Assembly (NCBI GenBank): GCA_035447065.1
Contig: DAOTGJ010000012.1
Span: forward strand, 18,189-82,188
Length of the DNA stretch: 64,000 bases
Direction: 5' to 3'
DNA from: Candidatus Krumholzibacteriia bacterium
GTDB taxonomy: Bacteria; Krumholzibacteriota; Krumholzibacteriia; LZORAL124-64-63
The notes below the pieces were generated by a model. That model was given only the letters and a program-made list of their open reading frames with translations. It was not told the origin of the DNA and made no database searches. Positions 33,440 through 43,617 of this stretch are shown here, one piece after another; the stretch's first letter is position 1, and the number at the start of each line of letters is the position of its first letter. The translations under genes were made by a program, and so were the position numbers.

Positions 33440-34384
33440 ATGCTGAAGACCGAACAGCTGGCGCATCAGGACCTCTGGGACCGCGTGGCGCAGAACGGCG
33501 ACTGGGACGCCCGCCAGGCCCTGGTGGAGAAGTACGCACGGGTGGTGAAATACGTGGCGGGACGCATGGCCATCGGCCTGCCCCACTACGTGGACCAGAA
33601 CGACCTGGTCTCGGCGGGACTGCTCGGCCTGATCCAGGCCGTGGACAACTTCGACTGCGAGCGCGGCATCAAGTTCGAGACGTACGCCATCCCGCGCATC
33701 CGCGGCGCCATCCTGGACGAGCTGCGCAGCCAGGACTGGTTCCCCCGCTCCCTGCGGCGCAAGGCCCGCCAGCTGGAGGAGGCCTACGTCTCCCTGGAGA
33801 CCAAGCTGGGCCGCCCCGCCACGGACGAGGAGCTGGCCAAGGAGCTCAACGTGAGCCGCGACGAGCTGCTCACGATGATCGAAGAGGTCTCGGTGGCCAC
33901 CATCATCTCCCTGGACGCCGAGAGCGGCGGCGAGGGCGACGACACCACCACCCTGGGCGAATACCTGCCCGATCCCAAGGCCGACGACATCGAGGAGCGC
34001 GTCACCGGCAAGGAGATGGTCAAGCTCATCGCCGACGGCCTGGAGGAGCTGCCGGAGAAGGAGCAGCTGGTGCTGGTGCTCTACTACTACGAGGACCTGA
34101 CCCTGAAGGAGATCGGCAGCATCCTGGACGTGACCGAGTCGCGGGTCTGCCAGATCCACACCAAGGCGATCATGCGCCTGCGCGGCAAGCTGAAGCAGCC
34201 GGCCGGCAAGCGCAGCATCGACCGCCTCACCAAGGAGATCCGCCAGTCCCGCAAGCGCGGGGACCAGGAGACCATCGTGGAGTCCATGGACCTGCTCGCC
34301 GGGTTCGCGATCCCCTCCATGCTGGTGCTGGCCAGGCTGCTCCTGGAGCACGGGGTGCCGCTGTTCAGCGGGCCCATCACGTAG
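33440..34384 (+). CDS. fliA: flagellar sigma factor FliA (sigma28) with ~60 aa C-terminal extension
   Basis: Sigma-70 region 2 (YVDQNDLVSAGLLGLIQAVDNFDCERGIKFETYAIPRIRGAILDELR) and region 4 HTH (LTLKEIGSILDVTESRVCQIHTKAIMRLR). At 314 aa it is longer than the usual 240-255 aa. Confidence 0.85.
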   Translation: MLKTEQLAHQDLWDRVAQNGDWDARQALVEKYARVVKYVAGRMAIGLPHYVDQNDLVSAGLLGLIQAVDNFDCERGIKFETYAIPRIRGAILDELRSQDWFPRSLRRKARQLEEAYVSLETKLGRPATDEELAKELNVSRDELLTMIEEVSVATIISLDAESGGEGDDTTTLGEYLPDPKADDIEERVTGKEMVKLIADGLEELPEKEQLVLVLYYYEDLTLKEIGSILDVTESRVCQIHTKAIMRLRGKLKQPAGKRSIDRLTKEIRQSRKRGDQETIVESMDLLAGFAIPSMLVLARLLLEHGVPLFSGPIT

Positions 34385-34396
34385 GGGGACGCACCC

Positions 34397-34717
34397 GTGG
34401 CCGCCGACGGCTTCTCCGTCAAGACCGCCCTGGCCCAGATGGGCAACGTGGCGCGGACCCAGCTGAAGGGACAGCAGGGGCCGCAGGCCACCAGCCAGCA
34501 GGTCAAGCGGCCGGGGGAGGACCAGAGCCGGGTGGAGCAGGTGCGCAAGACCGAGGATTCCCAGCAGAGCAAGCTGGATCCCGACGCCCGCCAGCAGGAC
34601 GAACGCCGCCGCCGCAAGCGCGGCCGGCGCGACCAAGACACCGAGAACGACCGCGACGTCCCCCAGGACGACGCGGAGGAGACGGGGCCCGGCCAGGTCC
34701 TGGACCTGAAGGCCTGA
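34397..34717 (+). CDS. small highly charged, Gln/Arg/Asp-rich protein of unknown function (predicted disordered)
   Basis: 106 aa. GTG start with AGGGGGA Shine-Dalgarno. Third codon positions almost all G/C, as in neighbouring genes. Lies immediately downstream of fliA. Confidence 0.45.
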   Translation: MAADGFSVKTALAQMGNVARTQLKGQQGPQATSQQVKRPGEDQSRVEQVRKTEDSQQSKLDPDARQQDERRRRKRGRRDQDTENDRDVPQDDAEETGPGQVLDLKA

Positions 34718-34736
34718 GCGCGCACGGAGGACGACG

Positions 34737-35180
34737 ATGGCGTGGAGCGAACTGATGGCGGACAACGGGATCGTGGGCTGGGGCGTGGCCTTCCTGCTGG
34801 CGGTGGGCGGCACCGCCGTGGTGGTGGCGGCCTGGCTGCAGTTCCGCAGCACCTGGAAATCCCTGCCGGCGCCCGTGAAGGCGATGCTCGGCACGCGGGC
34901 CCCCCGTGCAAGGGCCGCCAAGGCTGCGGCCCCGACGCCCCCGGCGCCGTCCGCCGAGCGCCCCCGCGAGCAAAGGGATCCCGGCCGCGCGGTGCGCGCC
35001 TATCGGGGCCAGGCCGAAACGCCTGCCGCCCCGGCTCCCGAACCCGCCGCTCCAGCGGCGCCGCCCCCGGCTCCGGCCGTGCCCGCCCACGCCCTCTCCA
35101 TGGAGGACCTGGACGCCTACCTGACGCGCCTGCACCGGGCCGTGGACGAGCTGGAGGCCGCCGCCGGCGCGCCGTCCTGA
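34737..35180 (+). CDS. membrane-anchored protein with Pro/Ala-rich linker and C-terminal helix; unknown function
   Basis: 147 aa. GGAGGA Shine-Dalgarno. N-terminal TM helix (GIVGWGVAFLLAVGGTAVVVAAWL). Pro/Ala-rich low-complexity middle. C-terminal MEDLDAYLTRLHRAVDELEAA. Confidence 0.45.
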   Translation: MAWSELMADNGIVGWGVAFLLAVGGTAVVVAAWLQFRSTWKSLPAPVKAMLGTRAPRARAAKAAAPTPPAPSAERPREQRDPGRAVRAYRGQAETPAAPAPEPAAPAAPPPAPAVPAHALSMEDLDAYLTRLHRAVDELEAAAGAPS

Positions 35181-35269
35181 TCCCAGCGCACCGATTCCGC
35201 CCTTGCGGTCAGGGTCCCTCCGTGGTTCCTTGGTCCTGTCATGCCTGACAGAATAGCAGGAGGGCGGTC

Positions 35270-36793
<1,524 letters not shown>

Positions 36794-36828
36794 GGCTGGT
36801 CCCGCGCGACGGACCGGTGTATCATGAT

Positions 36829-36844
36829 GGGAAGATCCCCTGCA
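36829..36844 (+). promoter_or_regulatory. weak sigma54-like element upstream of the FadL/PorV-like OMP gene
   Basis: GGGAAGATCCCCTGCA has GG and GC at correct spacing and a CTGCA -12, but a poor -24 hexamer. Confidence 0.2.
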
Positions 36845-36884
36845 TTTTCCCGTTCCAACCGACCCCTGGAATGTGAGGACGACG

Positions 36885-37949
36885 ATGCTGAGTCTGCCCG
36901 AGGCCCTTCGCCGAGGCCCGATCCCCGCGCTGGGCGCCCTGGCGCTGCTGCTGATCCTGGCCGCTCCCCGGGCCCAGGCCGCCAAGTACGCCGGAGCCTT
37001 CATGGACGACGGCGGCGGCGCCCGCGCCCTGGCGCTGGGCGGCGCCTTCACCGCGGTGGCCGACGACCCCTCGGCCGCCTACTGGAACCCGGCGGGGCTG
37101 AGCTTCGCCACGGACCGCCAGCTCCTGGTCATGCACTCGGAGCGCTTCGGCGACCTGATCGACCGCGACTACGCCGCCTACGTGCAGCCCGTGAACTGGT
37201 CCCTGCTGGGCGGCGATCAGGCGGGCGTGGGCGTGTCGCTCATCCGCCTGGGCGTGGACGACATCGCCTTCACGGACCACATCAACCTGGACGCCGACGG
37301 CGACGGCGTGGTGAGCGCCCTGGAGCAGTTCGCACTCTTCGACCGCCAGGACGAGATCCGCTACGTGAGCGACGCCGAGTACGCCCTGTTCCTGTCCTAC
37401 GGCGAGCGCCGCGGGAACTGGCGACTGGGCGGTTCGCTCAAGTTCATCCGCCAGAGCGTGGGCGAGTACAGCAGCATGGGGCTGGGCGTGGACGTGGGCC
37501 TGTTCCGGCCCGGCCTGTGGGGCAACCTGGACTTCGGCCTGAAGCTGCAGGACGCCACCAGCACGCCCCTGGCCTGGAACACCGCCGACAGCACGGTGGA
37601 GAGCATCGCGCCCGCGGTGATTCCCGCCCTGGCCTACCGTCTGCCGGTTCCGGCCTGGGACGCCTCGGTGCTGCTGACCACGAGCTTCGAGACGCGCTTC
37701 GAGAACCGCGGCGACGCCGACCAGTACAGCACCGGCTCGCTCAGCACCAACGTGCACGCGGGCATGGAGGTCGGGTTCGCCAACCGCGTGTTCGTGCGCG
37801 GCGGCTTCGACAGCGGCTGGGGCAGCGAGGACATGACCGCGGGCGCCGGTTTCCGGCTCTCGCGTCTGACGGTGGACTACGCCTACGCGGGCGACGTGCT
37901 GGGCATCGACGAGTCCACCCACCGCATCAGCCTCACGGCCGGATTCTGA
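36885..37949 (+). CDS. outer-membrane beta-barrel protein, FadL/PorV-like
   Basis: Signal peptide (ALGALALLLILAAPRAQA). N-terminal motif GGARALALGGAFTAVADDPSAAYWNPAGL resembles the FadL/TodX and PorV-type N-terminal NPAG motif. Beta-strand-rich, ending with a C-terminal Phe (ISLTAGF). Confidence 0.5.
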   Translation: MLSLPEALRRGPIPALGALALLLILAAPRAQAAKYAGAFMDDGGGARALALGGAFTAVADDPSAAYWNPAGLSFATDRQLLVMHSERFGDLIDRDYAAYVQPVNWSLLGGDQAGVGVSLIRLGVDDIAFTDHINLDADGDGVVSALEQFALFDRQDEIRYVSDAEYALFLSYGERRGNWRLGGSLKFIRQSVGEYSSMGLGVDVGLFRPGLWGNLDFGLKLQDATSTPLAWNTADSTVESIAPAVIPALAYRLPVPAWDASVLLTTSFETRFENRGDADQYSTGSLSTNVHAGMEVGFANRVFVRGGFDSGWGSEDMTAGAGFRLSRLTVDYAYAGDVLGIDESTHRISLTAGF

Positions 37950-37956
37950 GCCGGGC

Positions 37957-39675
37957 TCAGCCCCGGCCGGGCCGGTAGGCGTACATGCGCTGGCCCGGCT
38001 TGATCAGGCTGGAGCCGTGCATGTTGTTGACCTGGCGCAGATGCTGCAGCGTGACGCCGAGCTTCCGGGCGATACCCCCCAGGGTATCGCCCTTCTTCAC
38101 GTTGTAGGTGACCCGCTCATAGCCTTCCGGCGGGACGTAATGCCCCTTCTCCACGGCGCGCGACGCGGCCTGCTCCGCCAGGGCCTTGGGCATGGGGATG
38201 AGCAGGCGGTCGCCGGGCCGGATCATGGCCACGTCGGCGATGCGGTTCAGCCCGGCGATGTCCTTCACCGTGGTGCCGTACGTGCGGGCGATGGCCCCCA
38301 GGGTCTCGCCCCGCTGCACCGTATGGCGCCGCCAGGTCAGCCGCTTCTCGACCGGGATGGACGCCAGCTCGCGGCGCGCACGCTCCGCCGTGCCCTGCGG
38401 CACCTTGACCGGGTAGGCCTCGCGGCCGGGGGGCGAGGCCCGCCGCAGCAGGCCGGGGTTCAAGGCGCGGACCGCGGAGGCCGGGACGCCGGCGCATTCG
38501 GCCACCAGATCCAGGTCCGTGGCGTCCACCACGGGGACCACGTCGAAGGCCAGGTCCGGCAGCTCCTGCACTTCGATGCCATACCTCTCCGGATGCTCGC
38601 CCACCTCCGCGGCGGCGATGAACTTGGGAATGTGGTTGCGCGTCTGGGCCGGCAGATGCAGCTTCCAGAAGTTGTCGTGGCCGGCCAGGCGCACGGCCCG
38701 CTCCACCCGGAACTCGCCGGTGTTGTAGGCGGCCAGGACCAGGGCCCAGTCGCCGAAGCGATGGTAGAGCTGGCTCAGGTAGGTGGCCGCGGCCTCCGTG
38801 GAGGAGGCGAAGTCCCGGCGCTCGTCCACCCACCAGTCGCAGCGCAGTTTGAAGTGCCGTGCGGTGCCGGCCATGAACTGCCAGGGGCCCACGGCCCCCA
38901 CGCCGGAGCGCGCGCCGGTCACGAAGCCGCTCTCGATGGCGGACAGGTAGATGAGCTCGCGGGGGAGGCCGGCGCGGTCCAGCTCCGCGTAGATGAGCGA
39001 GTCCACCTCGCTCTTGCGTTCCAGCCAGCGCGTGAAGGGCAGCTTGCCCTCGTTGCTGAAGTAGCGGATCCAGCGTTCCACCTGCTCGTTGCGCACCTGG
39101 AGCAGATCCGTGGCGATGTCGCGCCGCCGCTCGCCGGCGATGGGGATCAGGGAGTCCGGCAGCGACAGGCCGCGCACGCCGGCGTAGGCGGCTGTGAGCA
39201 GGGAGTCGTCGGCCAGGACCGACGCGTGGAGCGCCTCCTCCTCGGCCACCACGCCGGCCAGCAGGCCGGTGCGGCGGCGCAGGCTGCCCAGGTAGTCGGC
39301 GGCCACGGGGTCGCTGTCGGCGGGGAGGACGGCCTCGCTCTCGGCGCGCAGGAGGAAGAGCAGGTCGCGGGCGGCCGAGGTCTGGCCCTGCGCCAGCAGC
39401 TCCAGGGCCTGGCGCCAGAGCCCGTCGAGCTCGGCCAGATCGGGGCGGTCGGCGAGCACGGCGGCCAGGCCGGGATCCGGGTCCTCCAGCAGCACGTCGG
39501 AGGTGGGGGCGGGCCGGACGGGGGTGACCATCGGCGCGCTGTCCGCGAGGGCCGCCACGGGGGCGGAGCTGCGGGCGGGATCGAGATCGGGCCGAGCGGG
39601 CGTGGAGGAGCAGCCCATGAGTCCGAGACAGCACAACATCATGCAGGACAGGACGATGCGGAAGATCCTTCTCAC
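37957..39675 (-). CDS. mltD: membrane-bound lytic murein transglycosylase D-like lipoprotein (SLT domain + LysM repeats)
   Basis: GTG start with AAGGA Shine-Dalgarno. Lipoprotein signal with LMGC lipobox. SLT catalytic region (AIESGF...GAVGPWQFM). At least two C-terminal LysM repeats (VQRGETLGAIARTYGTTVKDIAGLN; YNVKKGDTLGGIARKLGVTLQHLRQVN). Confidence 0.8.
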   Translation of the reverse strand: MRRIFRIVLSCMMLCCLGLMGCSSTPARPDLDPARSSAPVAALADSAPMVTPVRPAPTSDVLLEDPDPGLAAVLADRPDLAELDGLWRQALELLAQGQTSAARDLLFLLRAESEAVLPADSDPVAADYLGSLRRRTGLLAGVVAEEEALHASVLADDSLLTAAYAGVRGLSLPDSLIPIAGERRRDIATDLLQVRNEQVERWIRYFSNEGKLPFTRWLERKSEVDSLIYAELDRAGLPRELIYLSAIESGFVTGARSGVGAVGPWQFMAGTARHFKLRCDWWVDERRDFASSTEAAATYLSQLYHRFGDWALVLAAYNTGEFRVERAVRLAGHDNFWKLHLPAQTRNHIPKFIAAAEVGEHPERYGIEVQELPDLAFDVVPVVDATDLDLVAECAGVPASAVRALNPGLLRRASPPGREAYPVKVPQGTAERARRELASIPVEKRLTWRRHTVQRGETLGAIARTYGTTVKDIAGLNRIADVAMIRPGDRLLIPMPKALAEQAASRAVEKGHYVPPEGYERVTYNVKKGDTLGGIARKLGVTLQHLRQVNNMHGSSLIKPGQRMYAYRPGRG

Positions 39676-39851
39676 GGCGCGCGATCCTTTGCGTTGCGGG
39701 CGGACGCGGGGACGAGCATCCGTCGGCAGTATCCTGATTGCAACTAATATGACCATGTGTCATACTAGGCTTGCAGCTCTTCTTGTCGATTCGGGAATCT
39801 ACACCATCGGGCGCATGCAGGGAACCACGAGCATCGTGGACGGGCGGGAAC

Positions 39852-41207
39852 ATGGATAGGACCTTGCGCTGGCTGCTGTCGCAGGCCCGTCTCGGGCCGT
39901 CGCTGCGCCTGCCCGCCATGCGCGCCCTGGGCGGTCGCCGGCCCGATGCCATCCAGGCCGCGGGCCGCGCCGTCATCCGCTCTCTCATCCAGCGGGGCGA
40001 TCTGGTGCGCGTGCGCATCGAGGGCGCCGACGCGGACGCGCCCCGCGAGATCTACGCCCTGCGCGGGCACGCCAACCTCCTGGACCTGGAGCCGTTCCTC
40101 GCCGGAGAGCCCCTGACGCCGGCCGCGCCCCCGCCCGCCGTACCGGCGCCGGACGCCTGCGACATCGATTCCGTGGACCTGCTGGGCGTGCTGGAACGGA
40201 TGCAGGAGTTCCAGCTCCTGCCCGCGCTGCACGACGGCGGCGCCGCCTGGCTGGAGGCCCTGCTCTCCATGCTGGACGACGTGCTGCCCGACGCGACGGT
40301 CCACCTGGAGCTGCACGACGCCGCCCTGGCCCCGGAGCACCCGGCCCACGTCTTCCACACGCCGCCCGGAGCTCTGCCGTTCTGGGCGCGCATCCGCCGG
40401 CGCGGCGAGTCCTGCCGGCTGGGCCGGCGCGAGGACCTGCCGCCCCACCTGCGCGACCGCGCCGACGAAGGCGCCGGCTTCACCGTCCAGGTCACCCCGG
40501 TGCTCGCCCCTGATCCGGAGCCGGCGTCGCAGGAGCCGCGCGAGGCGGGCCTGCTCTACCTCTGCGCCGACGGGCCGCGCGGCGACGCCTTCGTGGAGCT
40601 GGCGCGTCGGCTGAGCCGCTTCGTCACCCACAGTTGGCGCCATCGGCTCCGCGTGGGCCGCCTGGTGCACACGGACCCCCTCACGGGCGTGCACAACCGC
40701 GGCTCCTACGACGAGCAGATCGGCGTGGAGCTGGAGCGCTGCCGCCGCCACGGCACGCCCCTGGTGCTGCTGCTGGGCGATCTGGACCATTTCAAGCGCG
40801 TCAACGACACCCACGGCCACCCCATGGGCGACCGCGTGCTCAAGACCGTGGCCCGGGAACTGCAGGAGGGCCTGCGCCGCATCGACCTGGTCTGCCGCGT
40901 GGGCGGGGAGGAGTTCGCCCTCATCCTGCCGGACACGGACCTGGAAGCGGCCCGGGAGGTCATCACGCGCCTGCAGGTGCGCATCGCCAACCTGCGCCTG
41001 ACCGACGCCGCCAGCCCGGAGGCCCTGCGTGTGACCATGTCCTTCGGCGGCGCCGTCTTCCCTGAGGCGGGCACCACCCCCGAGGCGCTCTACGAGGTGG
41101 CCGACCAGATGCTCTACCTCTCCAAGCAGCGGGGGCGCAATCGTTGTCATTTCTGGCGCCCGGACTCCGAACCGCTGCTCACGCTGCCCGCCTACCGCGA
41201 AGGCTGA
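39852..41207 (+). CDS. diguanylate cyclase (GGDEF domain) with uncharacterised N-terminal sensor region
   Basis: C-terminal GGDEF domain with intact GGEEF motif (RVGGEEFALILPD) and upstream RxxD-like region. ATG 39852. Confidence 0.8.
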   Translation: MDRTLRWLLSQARLGPSLRLPAMRALGGRRPDAIQAAGRAVIRSLIQRGDLVRVRIEGADADAPREIYALRGHANLLDLEPFLAGEPLTPAAPPPAVPAPDACDIDSVDLLGVLERMQEFQLLPALHDGGAAWLEALLSMLDDVLPDATVHLELHDAALAPEHPAHVFHTPPGALPFWARIRRRGESCRLGRREDLPPHLRDRADEGAGFTVQVTPVLAPDPEPASQEPREAGLLYLCADGPRGDAFVELARRLSRFVTHSWRHRLRVGRLVHTDPLTGVHNRGSYDEQIGVELERCRRHGTPLVLLLGDLDHFKRVNDTHGHPMGDRVLKTVARELQEGLRRIDLVCRVGGEEFALILPDTDLEAAREVITRLQVRIANLRLTDAASPEALRVTMSFGGAVFPEAGTTPEALYEVADQMLYLSKQRGRNRCHFWRPDSEPLLTLPAYREG

Positions 41208-43531
41208 GCCGCGTCCGGCTGCTCCTGCTCTGGGCCGCGGCCTGGGTTCTTGGGGATGCTGCCGGCGCCGGGCTCGATCCGTTTCCCCCCGCCCTGGATG
41301 CCGCGCCCCGCGGGCTCGCGGCCCTGTCGTTGCCGGCGTTGGCCGCGGCAAGCCCCGGCCTGCGGCCGCTCGCGCTGCTGGCCGCGGCGGCCGGATCGGC
41401 CGGCGAAGCGGCACGGCGCGCCGCGGATCCCCGCCGCCGTCCCGCCGTGCTCGTCCCCGATCCCTGGTCTCCGAGCCGTTGGGCCGAACGGCGCGGCACA
41501 GGCGTGCTGAGGATCACGGGCTGGCCCGCCCGGAACGGGGAGCGGTGGCGGGCGCCGGCCGTGGTGCTCCACGCCCGGGACGCGGAGACGGGCGACGCCC
41601 TCGCCTCCCTGCGACCGTGGGAGGGGGTGCTGCTGCAGGGCGAGGGTCCGCCGCCCGCTCCCGGCGACCGCTTGGCCGCGCGCTGGCGACGGTCGCCGCC
41701 CCGCGATCCCGCCGTGGCCGACGGCTTCTCGGAGCGCACGTTCCTGGGGGCGCGCGGCCTGGGCTGGCGGCTGCGCGCCGACGAGGCCGTCGTCCTGCCG
41801 CCCGACGCCCTGGCCCGCATCCTCGCCCCCGCCGCGGCCTTGCGGGGTGCCCTGGCCCGCACCTTGGATCAGGCTTATCCGCCCCGGGAGGCGGCCCTGC
41901 TCCAGGCCGTGCTCCTGGGCGAGCGCGGCGGCGCCCGCGATCCCGCCCGCGACGGGTTCACGCGCCTGGGCCTGGCGCATCTCTTCGCGGTGAGCGGCCT
42001 GCATGTGGGCATCCTGGCGGGTTTCACCGGCGCGCTGCTGGGGGCGTTGCGCTGCCCGCCAACGTGGCGCGCGCCGCTCACCGCGGGATTGCTCTGGGGC
42101 TACGCGGGCGTGACCGGCGCCGCGCCCAGCACGGTGCGCGCCGCGGCCATGGCCACGCTGCTGCTCGGCGCCCGCGGCCTGGGCGGGCGTGCGGCTCCCG
42201 GCCACGGTCTGCTGCTCGTGTTCTGGGCCACGCAGGCGTGGTCGCCGGCATCCCTGGCCGATCCCGGGCTGCGGCTGTCCTTCCTGGCGGTGGCCGGGAT
42301 CCTGGTGGGCGTGCAGGCCGCGGGCGCCTGGGAGCCGCCGCGGGCGGCGCGGCCCCTGCGCGACGGCCTGGCGGTGAGCCTGGGAGCGCAGACGGGCACC
42401 GCGCCGGCCGTGGCCGCGGGGTTCGGCTTCCTGGCCCCGTGGTCGCCCCTGGTCAACCTGGCGGCCGTGCCGCTCTTCGGCCTGGCCGTGTGGCTGGCGG
42501 TGCTGGGCCTGGTCCTGGCGCCCGTGGAGCGGCTGGCCGCGGGGCCGGCCACGGCCGCCTGGCTCCTGCTGCGGGGCCTGGAGGGCCTGGCGTCGTGGCT
42601 GGACGGCTGGTTGGGGCGGCCGCCGGCCGTCTCGTCGTGGGGACCGCTGCGCTGGGGCGTCGCGCTGGCCGCGGCCGCGGTGCTGTCCCGGGCCGCGCCG
42701 CGTCGCCGTCTGGCGGCGGCGGCGCTGCTGCTGCTGCTGCCGTGGTGGGCGCCTCCGCGCCCGGGAGGCGCCATGGAGGCGGTGCAGTTCGACATCGACC
42801 AGGGCGACGCCGCGGCCCTGATCTTCCCCGACGGCCGCTGCGTGCTGATCGACACGGGACCGGCCTGGGACGTGGGCGGTCCCCTGGTGCGCGATGCTCT
42901 GCCCTGGCTGCGGCGACGTGGCGTGCGTCGCCTGGCCGGCGTGGCCCTGACCCACGCCCACGCGGATCACGACGGCTGCGCCGACGCCGTGGCCGCCGAG
43001 TTCCCCGTGGACGCCTGGTGGCTGGGTGGCCGCTGCGCCCCGCCGCCGGACACGCCGCCCCACGCGATCCACCGGCCCCAGGCCGGCGACACCCTCCTGG
43101 CATCGTCGCCCTGGGTGCTCCTCTGCCTGGGCGGCGGCGCGCCCGACGCCCATGAGAACGACCGCAGCCTCGCGGTGGGCCTGTTCCGCGACGGCCGGCC
43201 GGCAGGGCTGTGGACCGGCGATCAGGAGGCCGCGGGGGAGGCCGCCACCCTGGCCACCGGCCTGCTGGACGGCGGCCCCTGGGACGTCTTCAAGGCGGGG
43301 CACCACGGCAGCCGCACCTCCAGCACGCCCGCCCTGCTGGACCGCGCGCGGCCCGCCGTGATCCTGATCAGCTGCGGCGTGGCCAACCGCCACCGCCACC
43401 CCAGCCACGGGGTCTTCACGGCCCTGGGCGACACGTTGCCGCTGCGCCGCACGGACCTCGAGGGCACGCTCCACGTGCGCTGGCGGGGGCCCGGAGCGCC
43501 GGAAATCCGCGGCTCCCGGCCCCCGCCTTGA
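41144..43531 (+). CDS. comEC: DNA internalisation competence protein ComEC/Rec2-like (competence domain + metallo-beta-lactamase domain)
   Basis: Competence-domain motif (LGLAHLFAVSGLHVGILAGF). Many TM helices. C-terminal metallo-beta-lactamase fold (ALTHAHADHDG...KAGHHGSRTSS). The 5' end is uncertain: TTG 41144 overlaps the GGDEF gene by 64 nt. Confidence 0.7.
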   Translation: MSFLAPGLRTAAHAARLPRRLSRVRLLLLWAAAWVLGDAAGAGLDPFPPALDAAPRGLAALSLPALAAASPGLRPLALLAAAAGSAGEAARRAADPRRRPAVLVPDPWSPSRWAERRGTGVLRITGWPARNGERWRAPAVVLHARDAETGDALASLRPWEGVLLQGEGPPPAPGDRLAARWRRSPPRDPAVADGFSERTFLGARGLGWRLRADEAVVLPPDALARILAPAAALRGALARTLDQAYPPREAALLQAVLLGERGGARDPARDGFTRLGLAHLFAVSGLHVGILAGFTGALLGALRCPPTWRAPLTAGLLWGYAGVTGAAPSTVRAAAMATLLLGARGLGGRAAPGHGLLLVFWATQAWSPASLADPGLRLSFLAVAGILVGVQAAGAWEPPRAARPLRDGLAVSLGAQTGTAPAVAAGFGFLAPWSPLVNLAAVPLFGLAVWLAVLGLVLAPVERLAAGPATAAWLLLRGLEGLASWLDGWLGRPPAVSSWGPLRWGVALAAAAVLSRAAPRRRLAAAALLLLLPWWAPPRPGGAMEAVQFDIDQGDAAALIFPDGRCVLIDTGPAWDVGGPLVRDALPWLRRRGVRRLAGVALTHAHADHDGCADAVAAEFPVDAWWLGGRCAPPPDTPPHAIHRPQAGDTLLASSPWVLLCLGGGAPDAHENDRSLAVGLFRDGRPAGLWTGDQEAAGEAATLATGLLDGGPWDVFKAGHHGSRTSSTPALLDRARPAVILISCGVANRHRHPSHGVFTALGDTLPLRRTDLEGTLHVRWRGPGAPEIRGSRPPP

Positions 43532-43556
43532 CACTGCCGGGGGCTGCTCGTACCAT
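43528..43556 (+). promoter_or_regulatory. sigma70-type promoter candidate for purC-purH-guaA
   Basis: TTGACA (perfect -35, overlapping the comEC stop), a 17-nt spacer, then TACCAT (4 of 6 vs TATAAT). It lies about 60 nt upstream of the purC ATG. Confidence 0.5.
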
Positions 43557-43617
43557 CCCCGCGTCACCGTCGGCCGACCGGCCGGAACCGTTCGCTTTCC
43601 ACCGAAACGGGAGTCCC

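Noticed and set aside
35181-35269. Possible sigma54 promoter upstream of the FleQ-like gene (TGGTCCTGTCATGC).
   Set aside because: GG and GC are 11 nt apart rather than 12, and the -12 reads ATGC. No convincing promoter of any class was found by eye.
37950-37968. Short GC palindrome (GCCGGG-ctcagc-CCCGGC) between the convergent OMP and mltD-like genes, as a possible bidirectional terminator.
   Set aside because: Only a 6-bp stem overlapping the mltD 3' end with no U-tract on either strand. Too weak to call.
43210-43617. Long N-terminal extensions of purC (from 43210), guaA (from 44939), fliK (from 18298) and fliI (from 16484) in the six-frame track.
   Set aside because: Conserved N-termini (MHALRST.. 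for PurC, MANASHP.. for GuaA, GTG in a GTGA overlap for FliK and FliI) and the upstream gene boundaries place the real starts downstream. The extensions overlap preceding genes in other frames.
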